The position numbers and the translations under genes are program-made. This document shows, piece by piece, positions 1 through 9,520 of a stretch of 64,000 nucleotides of DNA. Position 1 is the first letter of the stretch; each line of letters starts with the position of its first letter. Source of the DNA: Acidobacteriota bacterium (lineage in GTDB: Bacteria > Acidobacteriota > UBA6911 > RPQK01 > JAJDTT01); contig OZ253580.1 in assembly GCA_965263035.1 (NCBI GenBank), positions 4,928,001-4,992,000 on the forward strand. Reading direction: 5' to 3'. The notes beneath the pieces were generated by a model. It made no database searches and had not been told where the DNA came from. It worked only from the letters and a program-made list of their open reading frames with translations.

Positions 1-1
1 C

Positions 2-370
2 CTCTACGACCTGGAGAGCAGCTTGAGGGAACGGATCGAGTGCATCGCCACCCAGGTCTACGGGGCCGCGAGCGTGAGCTACTCGCCGGAGGCCCGGCGC
101 AAGCTGGAGGGACTGGACAGCGATCCCCGAAACCGGTCGCTGGGACTCTGCATGGCCAAGACCAATTTGAGCCTCTCCCACGATCCGCAGTTGAAGGGCC
201 GGCCCCGGGGGTGGGACCTTCCGATTCGGGACATCCTGCTCTACCGGGGCGCCGGACTGGTGGTTCCGGTGGCGGGCGGAATCCTTCTCTTGCCCGGAAC
301 CGGGTCCCGGCCCGCCTACCGGGGGATCGACGTGGATACCGCAACGGGCCGGATCCAGGGACTGTTCTGA
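2..370 (+). CDS. fhs: formate--tetrahydrofolate ligase, C-terminal part (runs off the window start)
   Basis: IATQVYGA...CMAKTNLSLSHDP.LKGRP...GAGLVVPVAG.I..LPG....PA...IDVD..GRIQGLF is the typical Fhs C-terminus. Confidence 0.9.
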   Translation, partial: LYDLESSLRERIECIATQVYGAASVSYSPEARRKLEGLDSDPRNRSLGLCMAKTNLSLSHDPQLKGRPRGWDLPIRDILLYRGAGLVVPVAGGILLLPGTGSRPAYRGIDVDTATGRIQGLF

Positions 371-375
371 CCGGC

Positions 376-1176
376 ATGCCTGGGTCCGACCGGTTCAGTC
401 TCCACGGCAAGGTCGCGGTCGTCACGGGTGCCGGATCGGGTCTCGGAAGAGACTTGGCGCTGGCGCTGGCCGAGGCCGGCGCCGACGTGGTCATCGGGGA
501 TCTGGACGGGACTCTGGCCGAAGCCGCCGCCCAGCGAATACGCCGGCGGGGACGAGGCGGGTTGGGAGTGGAGGCGGACGTCTCCCGTCCCGGCCACGTC
601 GACCGCATGATGGCGGCGGCCGAGGACCGTTTCGGGCGCCTCGACGTTCTGGTGAACAACGCCGGAATCTCCATCGCCGTCACTACCCTGGACGCCCCGT
701 TGGAGGTCTGGCAGAGGGTCTTTGCCGTCAACTCCACGGGCACTTTTCTCTGTTCCCAGAGGGCCGGCCGGATCATGGTGCCTCAGGGTGGCGGCTGCAT
801 CATCAACATCGCCTCGGTCTACGGGCACGTGGGCGTGGACCCCTCCGTGTCCCATCCTCCCGGGAACCCGACCCGAGAGGATCTGGCTTATTCCGCCAGC
901 AAGGGAGCGGTGATCAGCATGACCCGGGCGTTGGCCACCTATTGGGCGGACTACAAGATCCGGGTCAACGCCATCAGTCCCGGGATGATCCGGACCGAGC
1001 GGCTGAAGACGGCCGTCCCCGGGGACACCTGGGCTCGACTGATTCAGCGCACCCCTTTGAAACGGCCGGGGACGGGGGAAGATTTGAAAGGGGCCGTCAT
1101 CTACCTGGCTTCGGACGCGGCTTCGTTCGTCACCGGACAGGTCCTGTGCGTGGACGGTGGCTGGCTGGCCTGGTAA
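376..1176 (+). CDS. SDR family oxidoreductase (FabG/gluconate dehydrogenase-like)
   Basis: TGAGSGLG, NNAG, YSASK, VNAISPG and VDGG motifs; ATG at 376 just after the fhs stop. Confidence 0.9.
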   Translation: MPGSDRFSLHGKVAVVTGAGSGLGRDLALALAEAGADVVIGDLDGTLAEAAAQRIRRRGRGGLGVEADVSRPGHVDRMMAAAEDRFGRLDVLVNNAGISIAVTTLDAPLEVWQRVFAVNSTGTFLCSQRAGRIMVPQGGGCIINIASVYGHVGVDPSVSHPPGNPTREDLAYSASKGAVISMTRALATYWADYKIRVNAISPGMIRTERLKTAVPGDTWARLIQRTPLKRPGTGEDLKGAVIYLASDAASFVTGQVLCVDGGWLAW

Positions 1177-1254
1177 CGGTTCTTGTCACGAAGTCTCCGA
1201 AAAGGTAAATGAGCTGTTGACGGACGAAACAACTACGGACGGGAGGTCGAAAGA

Positions 1255-1635
1255 ATGAACAAAGACAGGTCCAAGGCATGCAAACCGGTTCGTTTCGTGG
1301 ATCTGGCGGACATCGCCGCGAATCAGGAAACCCTGGAGCACAAGTCCTTCAACGACGCCTTCGGGCTCCCCGGCCAGCTGCGGATGTCGGTGGGCCGGCT
1401 GGCGCCGGGTGGAAGCGTGGAGCATCATCGTCACTTCACCATGGAGGAGGTCTACTACCTGATGAAGGGCCGCGCCATGGTGAGAGTCGATGACGACGAA
1501 TACGAGGTGGAGGAGAACACGGCCATCTACTTTCCTCCGGAGCCCATGAGGTCCGTCTACAATCACACCGACGAGGACTGCTGGTGGCTCTTCGTCGGGG
1601 CGCCTCCCGACGTGAAACCGCAGGACCGGAGATAA
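1255..1635 (+). CDS. cupin domain protein
   Basis: HHRHFTMEEVYYLMKG cupin motif 1; GGAGG RBS upstream. Confidence 0.85.
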   Translation: MNKDRSKACKPVRFVDLADIAANQETLEHKSFNDAFGLPGQLRMSVGRLAPGGSVEHHRHFTMEEVYYLMKGRAMVRVDDDEYEVEENTAIYFPPEPMRSVYNHTDEDCWWLFVGAPPDVKPQDRR

Positions 1636-1683
1636 CGACGCTCCGGCCAGGTGGCCGCGGTCCGATTCCAACGTGGAGGAGTC

Positions 1684-3300
1684 ATGAATTTGAAGCAACG
1701 GGCCTGTCTCTTTCTCTCCGTCTCACTGATCCTTGGTCTGGGTGCTGCGTGCTCCGGAGGCGGACCGGGTGGGACCGAGGCCGACGGATTCCGCTTCGAG
1801 ACGGTTCCGGGAGTGGTTCGGGGAGAGGCCCCGCTGCTGGCCATCGACGATCATCTGTTGCCGCTGCGGCGGAACGTCTCCCTCTACTATTCCAAGCCGG
1901 AAGCGAGGCTGGAGCCGGTCTTGACCCCCAGCCGTGACGATCCGGGCAAACCGGATTACATCGCGACCCATTTCTACGGGACGGTCCTCTTCGACCAGGG
2001 AAAGTACCGCATGTGGTACTACGCCCTGGGTACGGGAGAGACCGAGAGCGGGTTCACGGTGGGGCCGGTCTGCTACGCGGAGAGCGACGACGGGATCCAA
2101 TGGGTCAAGCCGAACCTGGGACAGGTGGAATACAAGGGGAGCCGCGACAACAACGCCCTGGATCTGCCGGGGGAGCGGATGTACGGCGGTCACGTCCTCA
2201 AGGACGAGGAGGAGGCGGACCCCGAGCGCCGCTACAAGATGATCTACAACCTCCACAATGGAAAGACCTGGGTCTTCCGGTCGGCCACGAGCCCCGACGG
2301 CATCCACTGGAAGGTCAAGGATCGGGACGCCGTGGACAAGTTCATCGAGATCGCAGGAGTCTACAAGCACAATGGTTTCTACGCGGTCCACGGTCAGGCC
2401 AGCGGACACAGCGAAGGAGGCCACCCCCACGGGCGCCAGGGCTACGCGGCCGTCTCGACCAACTTCGAGGACTGGGTGTCGGGATTTGCCCCCGCATTCC
2501 TGATCCGGGAACCGGAGGATCCCGCCATGCGGGGCGGCCGCAAGCCGTATGATCAGGTGCATCTGGGCATCGGCGCCCGCAGCTATGGCTCAGTGCTGGT
2601 GGGCCTGTTCGGGCTCTGGCACAACTTCCCCGGGGACACGACCCGGAACGTCCCGGCGGCCTGGTTCGGGCACGGGAAGATTTCGGCCGATTTCGGCCTG
2701 GTGGTCAGCAACGACGGGATCCACTTCCGCGAGCCGGTGAAGGGGCACGTCTACCTGCATCGCGACGATTCGCCGGTGACCAACGAGCCGGGAAAGACCT
2801 ACCCCACCATTCTCTGCCAGTCGGGCAACGGGATCCTCAACGTGGGAGATAAGACCCTCATCTACCACGGGCGCTGGCGCAACGCCGAGTATGGGGAGGA
2901 GTACTACGCCGAGGTGGCCCTGGCCACGCTGCCCCGGGATCGCTGGGGCGCCCTGGGGCTCTATCCCGAAGGTTCGACGCGGCTGGACGAGCCCCGGGGT
3001 TGGGTCTGGTCGGCTCCGGTGACCCTGCCCAAGGGCGGTTTCCACGTGGTGCTCAATGCCGATCAAGCTCGGCTCATGAAGGTCGAGATCTCGGACGCCG
3101 CTTTCAACCTGCTGCCCGAATATTCAGGGCCGGCGAGCGGCGTTCCCCAGGGAGAGGGAGGGCTCGACGTGCCCGTCCAGTGGTTCGGCGGCGATCTGGC
3201 CGCCCTGGCTGGACAGACCGTGCGCCTGCGGATCCACATGGAGCGGGAGGCGGACGCCGATCCCAGACTCTATGCCGTCTATCTGAGGGAAAACGACTGA
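1684..3300 (+). CDS. lipoprotein, uncharacterised five-bladed beta-propeller glycoside hydrolase-like family
   Basis: Lipobox LGAAC; YRMWY, CYAESDDGIQWVKPNLG.VEY.GS..NN and SPDGIHW repeats; C-terminal beta-sandwich ending RLYAVY; GGAGGA RBS. Confidence 0.75.
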   Translation: MNLKQRACLFLSVSLILGLGAACSGGGPGGTEADGFRFETVPGVVRGEAPLLAIDDHLLPLRRNVSLYYSKPEARLEPVLTPSRDDPGKPDYIATHFYGTVLFDQGKYRMWYYALGTGETESGFTVGPVCYAESDDGIQWVKPNLGQVEYKGSRDNNALDLPGERMYGGHVLKDEEEADPERRYKMIYNLHNGKTWVFRSATSPDGIHWKVKDRDAVDKFIEIAGVYKHNGFYAVHGQASGHSEGGHPHGRQGYAAVSTNFEDWVSGFAPAFLIREPEDPAMRGGRKPYDQVHLGIGARSYGSVLVGLFGLWHNFPGDTTRNVPAAWFGHGKISADFGLVVSNDGIHFREPVKGHVYLHRDDSPVTNEPGKTYPTILCQSGNGILNVGDKTLIYHGRWRNAEYGEEYYAEVALATLPRDRWGALGLYPEGSTRLDEPRGWVWSAPVTLPKGGFHVVLNADQARLMKVEISDAAFNLLPEYSGPASGVPQGEGGLDVPVQWFGGDLAALAGQTVRLRIHMEREADADPRLYAVYLREND

Positions 3301-3318
3301 GCTGCAGCGGCTTCCGCT

Positions 3319-3499
3319 GGATCAGAACGAATACTTGAGAGCCACCTGGACCTGGCGGGCAGGGGACGCTTCGCCCAGCGCCCCGAAGTCGGCCGTGCCG
3401 AACTGGTTGACCCTGGCCTTGCGCCGGAGGACGAAGTTGGTGCGGTTGGCGGCGTTGAACATCTGCAGCCGAAATTCCAGACTCTGGCCTTCGTTCAGG
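3319..3499 (-). repeat. direct-repeat copy of the 3' end of the TonB receptor gene (partner 5653-5833)
   Basis: 3319-3468 equals 5653-5802 with one mismatch; a further ~30 bp are divergent but alignable; encodes ...RLQMFNAANRTNF...LKYSF-stop. Confidence 0.95.
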
Positions 3500-3626
3500 G
3501 GCGTGGTTTCTCTGAGTGCAGTCTGCTCCATTGCCTTATCCGCATCTTTGAAACGGAGCCTATGGTGCGCTACCGAACGGAGACAGTCTGCACAGTCTAG
3601 CAACCGGAAAGAGAGTGCCAAGCTAG

Positions 3627-3785
3627 GAGCCTGCGCCGCAGAAATTGATCTACTGCGAAAGCGGTAGAATCAGTCCATATTTCCCCGATTTCTCGGCGAA
3701 TAGAACAACTATGCACCTCAAAATCGAGAAAATCTGGCCTCGATTCCCCACTTTCTCGCTACGATCATTTCTACCGCGCAGACTC
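3627..3785. mobile_element. 159-bp fold-back MITE, family 1, copy 1
   Basis: Ends GAGCCTGCGC...GCGCAGACTC, flanked on both sides by CTAG; near-identical inverted copy at 61815-61973. Confidence 0.85.
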
Positions 3786-3801
3786 CTAGCGCGGCGTAAT
3801 T

Positions 3802-4407
3802 TCAAGTGCTCGGAATGGCATTCGGGTTCCGGTGAGCGACCTGCGCCACGATCGTGTCGAAGAAATCGGTGAAGGGCTGAGAAGTCGAGACAATCGAAGC
3901 CGATGAGCCAAAGTTGACCTTTACCAGTACAAAGTCTTCGATCATTCCAGTTGCCCAAGCCGGTGGCCTTCTGCCGGACAGTGAAGTCAATCGACGCTCT
4001 GCGACCTCGGCCCAGGTCGATCCGTACTTCGGCGACACGACGTCCTGTTCGACGTTGAAGATCATGACGTAGCCAATGGCGATTTCGGGGGAGTGCAACT
4101 GAGCGTTTGCTGCCTCGCCGATCATGTCGTCGATCCTGTTGGGGACGGTTCCCGCCAAGTTTCTCAAAATGGACTTCAGCGAGATCCCGAGCCGGTATTT
4201 CCCGTGGTAACGCCACGCGACGTCCCACTGCTTGCTTCTTCCCGCTCCTGGAATCGAAGACTCCGTTTCGACGCCTCTCAGTCCTCGTCGCTCCAGTTCT
4301 TGGACACAGTAGTCCGCCAGTCTTGCCAATCGAAGGGTCGACGTGGCTTTGCCCTCGAGAACCGCAATCCGATAGAGGCGGGTTATTGCGTCTTGGAGTG
4401 AAGTCAC
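3802..4407 (-). CDS. type II restriction endonuclease, PD-(D/E)xK fold, XhoI/PaeR7I-like
   Basis: KQWDVAW...GISLKS...NRIDDMIGEA.N resembles the KxWD...ELKS...NR.EE..G pattern; directly downstream of an MTase. Confidence 0.7.
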   Translation of the reverse strand: MTSLQDAITRLYRIAVLEGKATSTLRLARLADYCVQELERRGLRGVETESSIPGAGRSKQWDVAWRYHGKYRLGISLKSILRNLAGTVPNRIDDMIGEAANAQLHSPEIAIGYVMIFNVEQDVVSPKYGSTWAEVAERRLTSLSGRRPPAWATGMIEDFVLVKVNFGSSASIVSTSQPFTDFFDTIVAQVAHRNPNAIPST

Positions 4408-4416
4408 GGATCCGCT

Positions 4417-5478
4417 TCAGACAGCAACGAGAGACGCTGACGATTTCCCGGTGTTGACGGCTGGGGTTCGCTGCCGTCCGGCAATCCGGCCAGGGCTTAT
4501 GGTCACGTCCTTCCACAGGCGGTTGGTCTCGTTGCGTAGGCGCTTGAGCGCGATCTCGAAATATGCCGGATCGACCTCGATGCCGACGCTGTTTCTTCCG
4601 CAAGCAATGGCGGCAACCTGAGTCGAGGCGGTTCCCATAAAGGGGTCCAACACGGTATCGCCCACAAAGCTGTACATTCGGATGAGCCGTTCGGCCAATT
4701 CCACCGGAAATGGAGCAGGGTGCGTGCGCGTCGAGGCGCCCCTGATATCGGTCCAAACTTGGCGAAAGAGCTTCTGGAAGTCTTCGCGCGAGAGCAGGCT
4801 CAAAGTCCTGGCCGCTACGGAAGGGCTCCGATAACCTCCGGGTTTTCTCTGCATAAGGATGAACTCAATGTCGTTTTTTATTATAGCGTTGGGCTCATAA
4901 GGTTTTCCGAGGAAACCTCCCCCGCCACGGTCGACTTCGTAAGTGGCGTTGGAAATCTTGTTCCAGATGATCGGCGCGAGATTGTCGAATCCCAGATCGC
5001 GACAACGCTCCTGTATGGAGGCGTGCAGCGGGACCACCGTATGTCGGCCCGAATTCCTGCGTCTCGAAAGACAGACATCCCCCACCACGCAGACGAGTCG
5101 CCCCCCGGGAACCAAGGCGGGGTAACACATGCGCCAGACCCGGTCGAGTTGGTCCAGGAACTCTGCGTAGTCCTCGATCCAGCCCAGCTGGCCGTCGGAC
5201 CGGCGATACTCCTTGAGGGTCCAGTAAGGTGGGGAGGTCAGAACCAAGTGGACCGACCCGGCGGGAAAGCTGGCATCCCTAGCGTCACCCAGAAACACCT
5301 TGTGCTCCGTGGGGACCCTGCTCATGGCGGACTCTATCTTCGCCATGGCGGATGGATTTTTCGCGAGGCGCGGCAACTCGCGCGCGGGGTCCTTAAGATT
5401 CCGGAGATCTTCCGGTACTAGCGCTTCAAGCATTCCGTCTGACTTGGTGTGATTGCCGTTCTTCATCCCGTGACGCAA
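4417..5478 (-). CDS. site-specific DNA methyltransferase, beta class (N4-C/N6-A)
   Basis: LTSPPY (motif IV) N-terminal; HPAPFP and VLDPFMGTAST (motif I) C-terminal; start codon uncertain. Confidence 0.92.
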   Translation of the reverse strand: MRHGMKNGNHTKSDGMLEALVPEDLRNLKDPARELPRLAKNPSAMAKIESAMSRVPTEHKVFLGDARDASFPAGSVHLVLTSPPYWTLKEYRRSDGQLGWIEDYAEFLDQLDRVWRMCYPALVPGGRLVCVVGDVCLSRRRNSGRHTVVPLHASIQERCRDLGFDNLAPIIWNKISNATYEVDRGGGGFLGKPYEPNAIIKNDIEFILMQRKPGGYRSPSVAARTLSLLSREDFQKLFRQVWTDIRGASTRTHPAPFPVELAERLIRMYSFVGDTVLDPFMGTASTQVAAIACGRNSVGIEVDPAYFEIALKRLRNETNRLWKDVTISPGRIAGRQRTPAVNTGKSSASLVAV

Positions 5479-5652
5479 GTGCCATAAGGCAGGTTCACCG
5501 CTTCAGGAACACCCGGGACGGATTTACCTGCTGCGTGTGACCGTCGTCGGAAGTGGCCTCAGTATGTCCAACGATCAAGCAGCATCAATATACGCGGTCA
5601 TGATGACATGCTGGCCGATTTTCGTCGTGCTGCCGATCGTCGCAGGTCCGTC

Positions 5653-5833
5653 GGATCAGAACGAATACTTGAGAGCCACCTGGACCTGGCGGGCAGGGGA
5701 CGCCTCGCCCAGCGCCCCGAAGTCGGCCGTGCCGAACTGGTTGACCCTGGCCTTGCGCCGGAGGACGAAGTTGGTGCGGTTGGCGGCGTTGAACATCTGC
5801 AGGCGCAGCTCCAGATTCTGTCCTTCGGTCAGG
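5653..5833 (-). repeat. direct repeat forming the 3' end of the intact TonB receptor gene (partner 3319-3499)
   Basis: Direct sequence comparison; offset 2334 bp. Confidence 0.95.
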
Positions 5834-8800
5834 CGGAAGGAGCGCCGGAGCGAGAGGTCCACGTTGGCCAGGCCGGGACCCTCCACCGTGGTCCGCCCGG
5901 CGTTGCCGTAGCGAAAGCCGTCGGGTCGGACGAAGGCGTCCGTGTCGAACCACCGGTTGGGCGTGCGCTGGTCCGGCGGCAGGTTCGGATTTCCGATCCG
6001 GTCCGGCCATTGAGAAAATTCGGAGCCCACGTCCAGAGCGTCGCCCGGGAGGTAGACGCTGAACCAGGGACCGTCCTGGAAACTGGAGATGACCTGGAGG
6101 GACCAACCACCCAGAATCGCCCCCATAGGCCCACTCTGGAAGTAGGGCTTTCCCCGGCCGAAGGGAGGCTCGTAACCGGTGGTGAGGACCAACCGGCGCC
6201 GGACGTGGAGCTCGGAGAGTCCGCGGTTGAGGTGCAGCGGCAGGTTCCGGCTCCTGAAATAGCGCCGCTCATACGACCCTTCCCAACCGCCGCCGGTGTT
6301 GATCTGGCTCGACCAGGTCAAGGAGCCGCTCAGATGGAGTCCTTCCGCTCCGGGACGCCGTTCCACCCGAAACTGCATGCCGTGATATCTGGAGTCGGCG
6401 TCGGCCATGGGGACGTGGACGGCCTGAAGCTGGGGAAAGGGACGGCGGGCCTGCCGGTCTCCAGTGCCGGGACGAGCGTCGTTGAGCGATACCGTATCCA
6501 GCTGGTTCGCCGTGTGGGACCCTAGATAACCCGCCTCCAACATCAGGAGAGGAGTGAATTTGTGCTGCATGGAGAGGCCCCAGACGTGCGTCGATGAGAG
6601 AGGCAACGGGGTCTCCACTCCATAGATGGTGGGAACGGCCGATCCGGCCAGGGTTGCGGGAAATGGGTCGGACAAGCTCAGGCCGGGAGTCTCCAAGGGC
6701 GCATTGAAGGTCGAGCGGATGGCGCCCTCGCGCGGAGTTCGGGTCAGGCGATAGAGTATCCCCGTGTCCAGTTCGTTGGCATAGATGCCGTAGCCAAGCC
6801 GCACCACCGAGTTGGAACCCACCCGCCATGCCATCCCCGCGCGGGGCAGGAAACCCTCACTTCGCCTCCAGCTCACCAGCGGAATTCCCGCCGGAAAGCG
6901 GCCGGTCTCTCCTGCCTTCAGGTCCAGATCCAAGGGGGACGCCGCAATGGCTCCCCGGTGGGGATCGAAATTGGAGACGAACCCTCTTTTGTCCTTCCAC
7001 GGGAACCTCCCCTCGTACCGGAGCCCGAGGGTCAGGGTCAGCCGCGAATTCAGTTTCCAGTCGTCCTGGACGAACAGATAGAGGGCGTTCTGGTGGAGGT
7101 TCCCCCGGTACGACTCCCCTCCCAGAGTGGTGCGGGCCGGATAGCCGAGCAGGAAATCGCCGAGCGCCCGCCCGGTGTAGCGATCGAAGAAGTCGAACTG
7201 GGACCGGGCGTCCATGTTGATGAAGAGGTAGTGCTGGCGGAACTCGGCGCCGGTCTTCAGTGAGTGGTCTCCCCGCTGGAAACTGATCAGTTCCTTGATC
7301 TGCCAGTTCCCGGTGATGGACGGTCCCTGAAGGCTGATGTCTCCCAGGTTGGTGTAGCCCTGGATCTGTACGATGGGAATTCCGATTCGATCCACTTCGC
7401 TGGCTTGGAGCTCAGGGACGCCCAGGCCCATCGACGCCTCAGGCTTGGGATTGGAGGGTGCCGCGATGTAGGGCCTTCGTGTCCAGTGCAAGCTGGCCAC
7501 GTTGGTGAGGCCGCCCGGTAGGGTCCGGGTGTTGGTGATGCTCTGGCCGTAGGCGCGGAGAGGTTGGACGGCGGAGAATGCGGAGATGAGGCGCACGGTG
7601 ACGTAGGGTCCCGAATTCCAGACGAAGCGCCCCGACCAGCGGCTCCGATCCGAATCCTTGAAATCGACTCTCGAAATGAACTGGGGGTTGTCGTAAGGCG
7701 CGAAGGAGTCGGGGCTGGTGAAGTTGAGCGCCCCTGCCGTGTTGGGCCGGGGAAAGAAGGCCAGAAGCCTCTTCGCCACCGGATTGATCCGGTCTGCAGG
7801 AATAGTGTTGTTGGGGAACGGTCGGCCCGTGGCCGGATCCATCAGGGTGGTGGAGAAACGGCCCTCCCGTTCTCCATCGGTGGGAACGACCCCCGTCAGC
7901 GGACGGATCTCCCGGATGGACTCGTGTTGGTACGAGACGAAGAACCAAGCCCGGTCCCGTCCGTCCAACAGGCGGGGAATCCGGATCGGCCCCCCCAAGG
8001 TGGCCCCTATCTGGTTGCGCTTGTACTCCTGCTTCTCGGGCTCGAAGAAGTTGCGGGCGTCCAGGTTGTCGTTGCGGTGAAACCAGAACAGGTTGCCGTG
8101 AAAGTCGTTGCCCCCGCTTCGGGTGACCGCCACGATCTGTCCTCCGGGGCGGATCCCGTACTCGGCCCCGTAGAGGCCGGTCTTGACCTCGAATTCCTGC
8201 AGGGCGTCGGTGCTGGGCTTGAAGTTGGAAAAGCGAGGAAACAGAGACCCGTCCACATAGGTGACGTTGTCCCGCTGCCGCATCCCCTGGACCCGGATGT
8301 TCCCCATGGCGCTTCCCGAGGTGCTGGTGCTGCTGGCGGGAGCCGTCCCCGGAGCCAAGGTCGCCAACTGGGTGAAGTCGCGAGAATTCAGAGGCATGTC
8401 TTCCAGTTTCTTGCGGCCGATGACCTCTCCCAGCTCGGCGTCCTCCGATTCCAATTGGAGACCCTGCGCCCGGGTGCGGCGGACATCGTCCCAGTCTCCG
8501 GACAACAGATTGAAGTCCTGGCGAACCGTCTGTCCCACTTGAAGCAGGATTCCGGTGCGCACCTCTTTCTGGTATCCGCCCAGACTCACTCCGATCTCAT
8601 AGTCGCCGACGGGCACCCCGTCCAGGCGGTAGTTGCCGTTCGCCGCGCTCAGAGCCACGAAGACTTCGTTGGTCTGAATCCGGGTGAGGGTCAGTTCGAC
8701 GCCGCTGAGGGTCCCATTCTGACCGTCCCGCACGGTTCCCAGGAGAGTTCCGGTCCCCGATTGTGCGGTGACGAGGTTTCCGGTCAGGAGCAGGAGTCCT

Positions 8801-8847
8801 GCAGCCAGAACCAGGATGAGGGAAAGGGAGTGCGGCGGCCTGTGCAT
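5656..8847 (-). CDS. TonB-dependent receptor, Oar/carboxypeptidase-regulatory-domain type
   Basis: Signal peptide, N-terminal GTVRD...G.YEI domain, AEYG...GGQI...TRSGGNDFHG, QDDWK...LTLGLRYE, C-terminal LKYSF. Confidence 0.9.
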   Translation of the reverse strand: MHRPPHSLSLILVLAAGLLLLTGNLVTAQSGTGTLLGTVRDGQNGTLSGVELTLTRIQTNEVFVALSAANGNYRLDGVPVGDYEIGVSLGGYQKEVRTGILLQVGQTVRQDFNLLSGDWDDVRRTRAQGLQLESEDAELGEVIGRKKLEDMPLNSRDFTQLATLAPGTAPASSTSTSGSAMGNIRVQGMRQRDNVTYVDGSLFPRFSNFKPSTDALQEFEVKTGLYGAEYGIRPGGQIVAVTRSGGNDFHGNLFWFHRNDNLDARNFFEPEKQEYKRNQIGATLGGPIRIPRLLDGRDRAWFFVSYQHESIREIRPLTGVVPTDGEREGRFSTTLMDPATGRPFPNNTIPADRINPVAKRLLAFFPRPNTAGALNFTSPDSFAPYDNPQFISRVDFKDSDRSRWSGRFVWNSGPYVTVRLISAFSAVQPLRAYGQSITNTRTLPGGLTNVASLHWTRRPYIAAPSNPKPEASMGLGVPELQASEVDRIGIPIVQIQGYTNLGDISLQGPSITGNWQIKELISFQRGDHSLKTGAEFRQHYLFINMDARSQFDFFDRYTGRALGDFLLGYPARTTLGGESYRGNLHQNALYLFVQDDWKLNSRLTLTLGLRYEGRFPWKDKRGFVSNFDPHRGAIAASPLDLDLKAGETGRFPAGIPLVSWRRSEGFLPRAGMAWRVGSNSVVRLGYGIYANELDTGILYRLTRTPREGAIRSTFNAPLETPGLSLSDPFPATLAGSAVPTIYGVETPLPLSSTHVWGLSMQHKFTPLLMLEAGYLGSHTANQLDTVSLNDARPGTGDRQARRPFPQLQAVHVPMADADSRYHGMQFRVERRPGAEGLHLSGSLTWSSQINTGGGWEGSYERRYFRSRNLPLHLNRGLSELHVRRRLVLTTGYEPPFGRGKPYFQSGPMGAILGGWSLQVISSFQDGPWFSVYLPGDALDVGSEFSQWPDRIGNPNLPPDQRTPNRWFDTDAFVRPDGFRYGNAGRTTVEGPGLANVDLSLRRSFRLTEGQNLELRLQMFNAANRTNFVLRRKARVNQFGTADFGALGEASPARQVQVALKYSF

Positions 8848-8900
8848 CTTCGGTGCCTGATGGCCTCCAGAATAGCACGAAACCCCCGGCACCACGGGCT

Positions 8901-9036
8901 GGAACCGGCGGTTTCCAACCGCCGAAGTCGCGATGGAGCACGGGAGAATGAGTGCAGGGGGAAACTGAGGTATGGGCGTCCGGAAGTCACCCCTCCGGAT
9001 TAGACGAAGGAGGGTGCCCAAAAGGGGCGCCCCTAC
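8901..9036. repeat. cluster of REP-like palindromes
   Basis: GGAACCGGCGGTTTCCAACCGCCG (8901-8924) and minus-strand GTAGGGGCGCCCCTTTTGGGCACCCT (9011-9036, GTAG-type); related copy at 21427-21450. Confidence 0.65.
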
Positions 9037-9091
9037 GTTTCACTTGGAATAAACAAGGTCAGATCGTTGCCTGAGCAGTACAATGTGTCCC

Positions 9092-9310
9092 ATGAAGTCG
9101 ATCGTCACATTTCGGCTCGAAACTGAGCTAAAGCGCGCACTGGACGAAGTGTGTGACAGGCTGGATCGGACCCGGAGCGACGTTGTGCGAGATGCGTTAA
9201 GGAAGCATCTCAGCTTGACGCGGTTCGAATATACTCGGCGCCGGCTCCGTCCATTCGCGGAGTCCCGAGGTTATTTGACCGATCAAGACGTTTTTCGGGA
9301 CGTTTCGTGA
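9092..9310 (+). CDS. ribbon-helix-helix (CopG-like) protein, probable orphan antitoxin
   Basis: IVTFRL...LKRALDEVC.RLDRTRSDVVRDALR RHH pattern; C-terminal GYLTDQDVF as in PIN-associated antitoxins. Confidence 0.75.
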   Translation: MKSIVTFRLETELKRALDEVCDRLDRTRSDVVRDALRKHLSLTRFEYTRRRLRPFAESRGYLTDQDVFRDVS

Positions 9311-9520
9311 AAGCCTCTCCCACTGCCGGTTCCTGGAGCGGTGCAGAAGCGGGCTTCGGTGAGAGCCTTGATCTCCTTTTGCCATGGGCCAGATGCGTTC
9401 AAGATAAAGTATTCATTCTGAAGAAAGTTGCAGGGTAGAATACAGACTCGGTGATCATCTGTTGGAATCAGTATGACTTCCTGGTTCGGATAGGATCGTT
9501 ATTGCAGGAGCCTCTCAAAG

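Noticed and set aside
40-375. N-terminal extension of the SDR ORF
   Set aside because: Overlaps fhs in another frame; SDR similarity starts at the ATG at 376.
3604-3620. Second sigma-54 promoter (TGGCAC-TCTCT-TTCC, minus strand)
   Set aside because: The conserved GC of the -12 element is missing.
3319-5833. Diversity-generating retroelement TR/VR pair at the TonB receptor C-terminus
   Set aside because: Mismatches are not adenine-specific on either strand and there is no reverse transcriptase in the window.
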